Below, in pieces: positions 17,259 to 22,366 of a DNA stretch of 22,366 nucleotides. Numbering within the stretch: position 1 is the first letter of the stretch; each line of letters begins with the position of its first letter. The DNA comes from a virus (taxonomy: Duplodnaviria > Heunggongvirae > Uroviricota > Caudoviricetes). The stretch lies in the IMG/VR virus record IMGVR_UViG_2861079508_000002; one strand, given 5' to 3'. A program made the translations under genes and the position numbers. The notes beneath the pieces are model-generated. The model saw only the letters and a list, made by a program, of their open reading frames with translations. It ran no database searches and had not been told where the DNA came from.

Positions 17259-17469
17259 TGGTTGCCCCCGTTTTGCATGGCATTTGTCCACCTTCCAGCA
17301 GGAAATGAACGTCACGAACGGCGAGATCCAATATCGCGAGTAACGCCTTCAGTTTTTCGTCTCGTGAGGGAGAGTTGCTCACCAGAATGTCATTAATCAC
17401 TTCTGTCAGTGTGATGATCTGGCTTGTGCGTTCGAGGGGATCCATATGCACATCGTAGGTTTTAATCAT
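17251..17469 (-). CDS. 72-aa hypothetical protein; may be an independent gene or the C-terminus of the long ORF from 18282
   Basis: ATG at 17467-17469 with strong GGAGGTG SD; balanced helical-looking composition (MIKTYDVHMDPLERTSQIITLTEVINDILV...). In frame with ORF 17251..18282. Confidence 0.5.
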   Translation of the reverse strand: MIKTYDVHMDPLERTSQIITLTEVINDILVSNSPSRDEKLKALLAILDLAVRDVHFLLEGGQMPCKTGATNE

Positions 17470-17656
17470 GTGCCACCTCCATGCGGATACGACCAGCAAA
17501 AAAGCAGACGTGATCGCGCACCAGAGAACGGCGAGCATCGCGTTCAGACTCGGCAGCAATATGATGAATTTTGGCGGTAATTGTCGGGCAATCGCGGCGA
17601 ACTGCGGCGATAATCCAGATAAATTGCGGTTTTTGGGTAGGGGTAGTAGCCAGCAT
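17462..17656 (-). CDS. 64-aa hypothetical protein, overlaps the long ORF in another frame
   Basis: GGAGG 7 nt upstream of the ATG at 17654-17656; stop overlaps the ATG of the 72-aa gene. Conflicts with the long-ORF model. Confidence 0.4.
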   Translation of the reverse strand: MLATTPTQKPQFIWIIAAVRRDCPTITAKIHHIAAESERDARRSLVRDHVCFFAGRIRMEVAHD

Positions 17657-18282
17657 GTGGCATCCTCCGATAACGTTGGCTTGTTATAACCACCGCAGAA
17701 GAGACCAATCTTGCTGGCGGTGGACTGTACGGAGTTGGCCTTACTGGCGTTATCGGAAACCAGCCTACCCGAAGGTAGCCCCATACAGCCCACCATTGAT
17801 AAGGTGTGCGTGTGCGCCGATACAAAAAAAGACGCTGGCGCGTCATGTATCGCCGATAACTCCAGCAGGAGGCCAATCCCGGCACCCGTTTTATGAGGTG
17901 CCTTATAACCATAAACCGTGTTGCCGCATAACGGCAAGCTCTTTTTTATGGACTCCGAAAACTCACTATTGGAAGAACCAGAAGCACAGTACATCGCGCT
18001 CATTTCGTTAACGTCACGCGCATGGACGAAGGTTTTTGTGGAGTCACTACGCGAGAAGAGAAAGCCATCTACGACCAGAAATTCTCTGGCGCAGCCGCTG
18101 ACCTTCTCAACGCTAACACCATCGACCGTAATTTCTGACATGGTTAAGGCATCCGCTCCTACCACCAGCAAATGACAAACTTTGCTTGTATCTGCTGTAT
18201 TAATGCCTGACTTTGCTGTCATATTGCTGGATTTTGGCGACATACCAGCCAGTGAAAATATCTTCTTCTGGACGGTTAGCAT
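17470..18282 (-). other. ambiguous stretch: upstream part of ORF 17251..18282 (strong GGAGG SD at 18282), no in-frame stop, contains terminator-like hairpins
   Basis: Start at 18280-18282 overlaps the upstream stop by 7 nt. Minus-strand hairpin GACGC-GCCA-GCGTC plus T7 at 17824-17844; plus-strand hairpin TTGCCG-CATAA-CGGCAA plus T6 at 17921-17947. Several frames open on both strands. Confidence 0.3.
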
Positions 18283-18458
18283 TTGTTAACCTCCGCGAAC
18301 TCCTTCATGAAACGTGCCAGCGGTTGTACGCATGGCGATTGATACCCGTCGCGATAAAACGTCACTCGGTTGTGAGACACGCTTTCGACAGTAACGAGTG
18401 CTCCGTGGGCATCTTTGTAGCGTTTTTGAGGTTGTGGTGTTCCTGTCGGCTTAAACAT
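18276..18458 (-). CDS. 60-aa hypothetical protein (ATG at 18458; track start 18545 overlaps the upstream gene)
   Basis: ATG at 18456-18458 with GGAGG upstream, 5 nt after the stop of the antirepressor-like gene. Confidence 0.5.
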   Translation of the reverse strand: MFKPTGTPQPQKRYKDAHGALVTVESVSHNRVTFYRDGYQSPCVQPLARFMKEFAEVNKC

Positions 18459-19284
18459 GGACCGCCTCCAGACGCTTAGCGAGCCAGCGTTGCGACAGGC
18501 GGGTGAGTTCTCCTTTGCGCTGCTCATATTCCATGCCCATATCAATTAACGTGATATTGGTGCTTTCGAGATATGAGAGGTGCTCAAGCTGTTCTGCGTT
18601 CATATGGTCGCGAGGTTCGCCAGAATAGCCATTTATCCGCGCCCACTGCTTAGCAGTTAGCCCACCAAGAACGATACGAGAAATCATATTGCTCTCGTTT
18701 GTGTAGTGGTGTTGCTGCGTCATTTTCCCCATCTCGGCACGGGCCATATTCAGCGCATCGCACATTGGCTTAAAGTTGTTTGCGGCACTAATACGGGCTT
18801 TTAGCTGGCGACGATAGCGGGCGGCGATTTCAGGCACGGTACGCTGTAATTCTTCCTCGCACTGGATGAAATAACGGCGGATAGCGCGACCCTGATCATT
18901 GCGTTCGATCATTGCCAGTTCTTTCGCCATTCCGACACTTAACAGATAGTCTTTGCCGGGTCTGCCAGAGTGCTTAATCTTGCTGTAAGCCGCGCCATTC
19001 GGGCTTTTCCCCAAATTTGGGGAAATAGTTTTATGGACTGAGTAATCGTGCCCAATGGTGAAGTCATATTCAGAGATGCGATCAGTGATCCATGTAGAGA
19101 AGTCTTTTCCCACGCCCAACGCTTTGTGTAACGCTTTTGCGCTAACAATATTGGTTTCACGCCCACCGATATGACCAGGAATAACCGGGACAATTGCGGC
19201 AAATTCATTACCGTTAATTGTGCCCTGATAGGCGTTCAGATGAGGGGCGGCCTCAGAAATTAATCTGCTTTTTTCGATGTTCAT
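18451..19284 (-). CDS. phage antirepressor-like protein (Bro-N/AntA-like N-terminal region), 277 aa
   Basis: GGAGA SD 8 nt upstream of the ATG. Segment GKDYLLSVGMAKELAMIERNDQGRAIRRYFIQCEEEL resembles the conserved core of Bro-N/antirepressor domains (by eye). Confidence 0.5.
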   Translation of the reverse strand: MNIEKSRLISEAAPHLNAYQGTINGNEFAAIVPVIPGHIGGRETNIVSAKALHKALGVGKDFSTWITDRISEYDFTIGHDYSVHKTISPNLGKSPNGAAYSKIKHSGRPGKDYLLSVGMAKELAMIERNDQGRAIRRYFIQCEEELQRTVPEIAARYRRQLKARISAANNFKPMCDALNMARAEMGKMTQQHHYTNESNMISRIVLGGLTAKQWARINGYSGEPRDHMNAEQLEHLSYLESTNITLIDMGMEYEQRKGELTRLSQRWLAKRLEAVHV

Positions 19285-19296
19285 TTTCAGTCTCCG

Positions 19297-19728
19297 TTAG
19301 GCGGCGGTGAGATTGTCCGGGTATAGATTGAGAATGTCGGCAATTTCCTGCTGAGAAAGTCCGTTGTGATCATTTATGTTCGCAAGATGGTTAACATGAG
19401 TGATCACTTTCAGAACATCACCACGGCAGGAGAAACGGTAGCGAAGGTGTGTTCCGATACCATCAGGATTCTTTTCGTCGATACGCTCCAGAGTGATTCC
19501 AAGCTGGCGTTCTAACTCTGTTGCATAGTTACGACCAGAAGACAGACGGCAGTAGCGAAGAATGTCATTTTCTGTCCATCCCTCTATACCAGTACGCAGC
19601 ATATAGACTCTGGCACGATGCTTTTTCGGTGTGCGCTTTGGTGCTTGAAGGGATTTTGTCAGGGGCGTAACATCAGATACGCGAATATCTGAATTAGCCG
19701 CCTGTAATGGGCGGTTTTTCTTTTCCAT
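19297..19728 (-). CDS. 143-aa hypothetical protein, possibly DNA-binding
   Basis: ATG overlaps the alpA-like stop (ATGA); AAGGTGG SD. Basic N-terminus. Confidence 0.5.
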   Translation of the reverse strand: MEKKNRPLQAANSDIRVSDVTPLTKSLQAPKRTPKKHRARVYMLRTGIEGWTENDILRYCRLSSGRNYATELERQLGITLERIDEKNPDGIGTHLRYRFSCRGDVLKVITHVNHLANINDHNGLSQQEIADILNLYPDNLTAA

Positions 19729-19931
19729 CAGGCCACCTTCCCGCGGCGTTCTGCCAGCCAGTTGTGAATCTCAACCGCATCAAACGCAGTTATTTTTTCT
19801 CCCAGCTTTACCGGACGTGGTAGTGAACCGTTTCTTACTTTACGGTCGATGGTGGATACACTAACGCCCAGCAATTCAGCCAGGCGGAAGCGTCTGATAT
19901 AGCCTTTTGTAGGAATAGTGTCGGTGTTCAT
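19728..19931 (-). CDS. alpA: AlpA/Vis-family HTH regulator (excisionase-like), 67 aa
   Basis: Short protein with RFRLAELLGVSVSTIDRKVRNGSLPRPVKLGEKITAFDAVEIHNWL, matching the AlpA-type motif; canonical position near a P4-type integrase. Confidence 0.7.
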   Translation of the reverse strand: MNTDTIPTKGYIRRFRLAELLGVSVSTIDRKVRNGSLPRPVKLGEKITAFDAVEIHNWLAERRGKVA

Positions 19932-20000
19932 GCTTCCCGTAACCTCTTAGCGATAGTTGTTGCTTCGTTACGGGAGGAAGTATCTGTACATATATGAACA

Positions 20001-20029
20001 ATAAAAAGGCACAGTAATGATACTGTGCC
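20001..20029 (-). terminator. Rho-independent terminator (9-bp stem GGCACAGTA/TACTGTGCC, 4-nt loop, T5 run on the minus strand)
   Basis: Plus strand ATAAAAAGGCACAGTAATGATACTGTGCC; on the minus strand the hairpin is followed by TTTTTAT. Lies 17 nt downstream of the stop of gene 20046..21011. Confidence 0.6.
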
Positions 20030-20045
20030 TGAATAGTTAGCTACT

Positions 20046-21011
20046 CTACCCCTTACCGTTGGCGGCAGCACGTAAGTGTCTCAAAATCACATCTTCATTT
20101 GTGATTGCTAACGGTGGAATTTCGTCTTTATGAGCCACTATGCAATCCCGCCACTTCTCAGGGCTTATTTCTTTCTTTTTGCCACGGCATTCATCAGGAT
20201 ACTTTGACAAAAGATATATTGCAGATTTGAAAAGTTTTTCCCTGTTTTCAGCATGTCTCTCGGCATTATGGTTGCTATTTTTTATTTCAGGTATTAGTTC
20301 CTGTTCTACCGCCATTTCGTATCGTTTTTTGCTCTTAGCTGCGTCAAAACTTCCATTAACCTTTGCGTCATGAAGGTATTCTAAATCAGCCTTTGTTATA
20401 TAAATGTTTTTATCTGACAGGCTACTCAGGTGAATTTGGGAACTTTGCATTTTGAATTTATATAGATCACAATCAAATGTTGCTTCAAGTCGCACATATG
20501 GTTCTCCACATTCTTGTGAATGATAATGTCGTGTTGTTCTACCGCGTACACGCAACAATCCACATGCAATTGATTTTCTTACAATAAAAGAGTTTTTGCC
20601 AATTTGTTCAAAAACATTTTTATTGTCGCTGTCTTCAACTGTCAGTGGTTTATGTGCATAAAATAGCTCATAAGCACCGCTTTCAGATGCTGGGATATAA
20701 ACTTCGTTGCTTGCGCTGGTAATAAGAAAAGGAAATGTAAACCTTACTTCTTCTGGGTACATAAGTAATAAATCAGTTATAAAATTAGCATCTTTTTTGA
20801 AGTGGATGGTGGCATCAGATTCAATGAAATCAAGAAAGTCAGCATAGACATAAAAGTCTATATGTAGTCTATCTTTCCAATGCCATATATCATCAATTTC
20901 ACAATTTAATAATTTTGATGCTCGCTCTATCGTGCAGTAGTCCAAAGGTGGAATACCTGATTCCTGCCATAAATTTCTATGCACCACTGTTGTTTCATGA
21001 GAGTCGTTCAT
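20046..21011 (-). CDS. AT-rich 321-aa cargo protein of unknown function between integrase and alpA
   Basis: ORF-track ORF; AAGGTGA SD-like sequence upstream of the ATG; own terminator. Visibly lower GC than the flanking integrase and alpA. No motif recognised. Confidence 0.6.
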   Translation of the reverse strand: MNDSHETTVVHRNLWQESGIPPLDYCTIERASKLLNCEIDDIWHWKDRLHIDFYVYADFLDFIESDATIHFKKDANFITDLLLMYPEEVRFTFPFLITSASNEVYIPASESGAYELFYAHKPLTVEDSDNKNVFEQIGKNSFIVRKSIACGLLRVRGRTTRHYHSQECGEPYVRLEATFDCDLYKFKMQSSQIHLSSLSDKNIYITKADLEYLHDAKVNGSFDAAKSKKRYEMAVEQELIPEIKNSNHNAERHAENREKLFKSAIYLLSKYPDECRGKKKEISPEKWRDCIVAHKDEIPPLAITNEDVILRHLRAAANGKG

Positions 21012-21106
21012 TGCGTCACCTTTTACGCTGCGCCTTATTTTGTGATTGAGCCAGGCGGTAAGGCTTCCCGCTTTTCGCCCCGTCGAGCTAGGCTCAATCT
21101 ATTCAG

Positions 21107-22366
21107 TTAGTTCGCCCTTCTGAGAGGCGTTACGTTGTAGTCTTTTCCGCTTTCCAGTGCCACCAGCAGATCAGCCCACTGTGCCAGTGCTGCTTTACGC
21201 TCATCAAAATACTGATGGCGGTTATAAATCCCCTCTACGCCCTTAATGCGATGATTGAGGCATCGTTCCGCCACGACAGGATCAACACCCAACGCTGCTA
21301 AATGAGTACGTGCGGTGCGTCGGAAGTCGTGAATCGTGAAATTAGGCACATCCGGCATTTCGGCGCGAACCTTAGCCAGTGCTACGGGCAAAGTGCTTTC
21401 CTGAATATGTGGGATCATTCTGTTTTGCATCTTCCTGGCTGGAAGCACCCATGCGCTATTACATGAAAAGGTGTGTAGCTCTCTCAACCATTCAACGGCT
21501 GGGGAAGGTAGAGGTATATCAATAGGGTCTCCGTTTTTGCTGCGTTCTTCCGGCAAATGCCATACCGCACCATCTAAATCAAACTCTTCCCATCGTGCGG
21601 CGCATAACTCCATCTTACGAACGCATAGTGCCAGCAATAGCTTAAATGTCAGTTCGTTCTGGCGGCTGAATCCTTTTGCGGTGCGCATAGCCTCGAATAG
21701 CCTGATAAGCTCATCGCGAGTTAGCCAACGGTCGCGGGAAACCTCTTTACCACCAGCATCAGATACTTCAAACGCTGAACAAGGGTTTATCTCCAGAGCG
21801 TGGCGTTTTATCCCGTAGTCAAAGATACGGCGTGTCCAGCGTAATACATCTGTTGCTATCGTTGGTGCTCCTCGGTCAACGATACCTTTCAACATGTCGT
21901 CAATGTGGCGTGGCTTAACGTCCTCTACCTTCATATGCCCAATGCAGGGGTTAATATCCTTATCAATTCTCCGGCGAAGGATATCGGGATGTTTCCATCT
22001 CGGAAGTATCTGGCGCTCGAAGTATTCGGAGGCCAGATCTGAAACACGCATGGCGTTTTTCTCAGCCTCCATTTTTGCCAGTGCTTCAGCTTTTCGTTCC
22101 TGTTTCTCTGCTGCTACGTCATAGCCAAGAGCAACTCTGGCTGACAGCTCTTTTGCTGTTTCTCTGGCTTTTGATAGTGACAGTTCGGAGTAAGAGCCTA
22201 TAACCATAGCCCGCTGCTTTCCTGCGAGCTTATAGCGGAATCGCCAGAACGGGGCTGTGTAGTTTTTGGGGTAGCAAATATAAAGGCCGTTGCCGTCTGC
22301 CTTGCCATCAAATCTGTCTCCCGCCTTTATCCATGCGCGGATCTGCATATCTGTGAGTTTTGGCAT
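21107..22366 (-). CDS. int: P4-type tyrosine integrase (419 aa), start codon at the window edge
   Basis: N-terminal MPKLTDMQIRAWIKAG...GNGLYI...FWRFRYKLAGKQR typical of P4-family arm-binding domain; C-terminal catalytic motifs HDFRRTARTHL and GIYNRHQY. Promoter and att site lie beyond the window. Confidence 0.9.
   Translation of the reverse strand: MPKLTDMQIRAWIKAGDRFDGKADGNGLYICYPKNYTAPFWRFRYKLAGKQRAMVIGSYSELSLSKARETAKELSARVALGYDVAAEKQERKAEALAKMEAEKNAMRVSDLASEYFERQILPRWKHPDILRRRIDKDINPCIGHMKVEDVKPRHIDDMLKGIVDRGAPTIATDVLRWTRRIFDYGIKRHALEINPCSAFEVSDAGGKEVSRDRWLTRDELIRLFEAMRTAKGFSRQNELTFKLLLALCVRKMELCAARWEEFDLDGAVWHLPEERSKNGDPIDIPLPSPAVEWLRELHTFSCNSAWVLPARKMQNRMIPHIQESTLPVALAKVRAEMPDVPNFTIHDFRRTARTHLAALGVDPVVAERCLNHRIKGVEGIYNRHQYFDERKAALAQWADLLVALESGKDYNVTPLRRAN

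Noticed and set aside
19697-19724. Plus-strand hairpin (CCGCC-TGTAATG-GGCGG) followed by TTTTTCTTTT, resembling an intrinsic terminator
   Set aside because: It lies inside codons 2-10 of the minus-strand 143-aa gene and no plus-strand gene lies upstream; most likely a coding-sequence coincidence, though antisense termination is not excluded.

Overview
Mosaic mobile-element region, most likely enterobacterial (inferred from IS66-family and P4-type proteins; no search was run). Three blocks are visible. (1) 11.3-22.4 kb: a P4/PICI-type integrative island, entirely on the minus strand: tyrosine integrase at the window edge, an AT-rich 321-aa cargo gene with its own terminator, alpA-type regulator, antirepressor-like gene, a chain of overlapping small ORFs, a P4-alpha-type primase-helicase, and a two-gene module bracketed by iteron-like repeats. 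(2) 3.8-11.2 kb: a minus-strand operon of translationally coupled genes that resembles the ejection-protein block of P22-like podoviruses; its last gene is split by an intact IS66-family element (4160-6685) with a perfect 8-bp target duplication. (3) 0-3.8 kb: accessory genes and regulatory DNA, including an AT-rich 4-TM membrane protein, an ImmA-like metallopeptidase paired with a small membrane protein, repeat-dense non-coding DNA, a ribbon-helix-helix regulator with a phased 9-mer operator array, and a PerC-like regulator. I saw no rRNA, tRNA or CRISPR array. All family assignments are by eye from motifs and gene order and need profile searches. The best candidates for an undescribed system are the AT-rich cargo gene beside the integrase, the ImmA-like/membrane pair, and the iteron-bracketed two-gene module.
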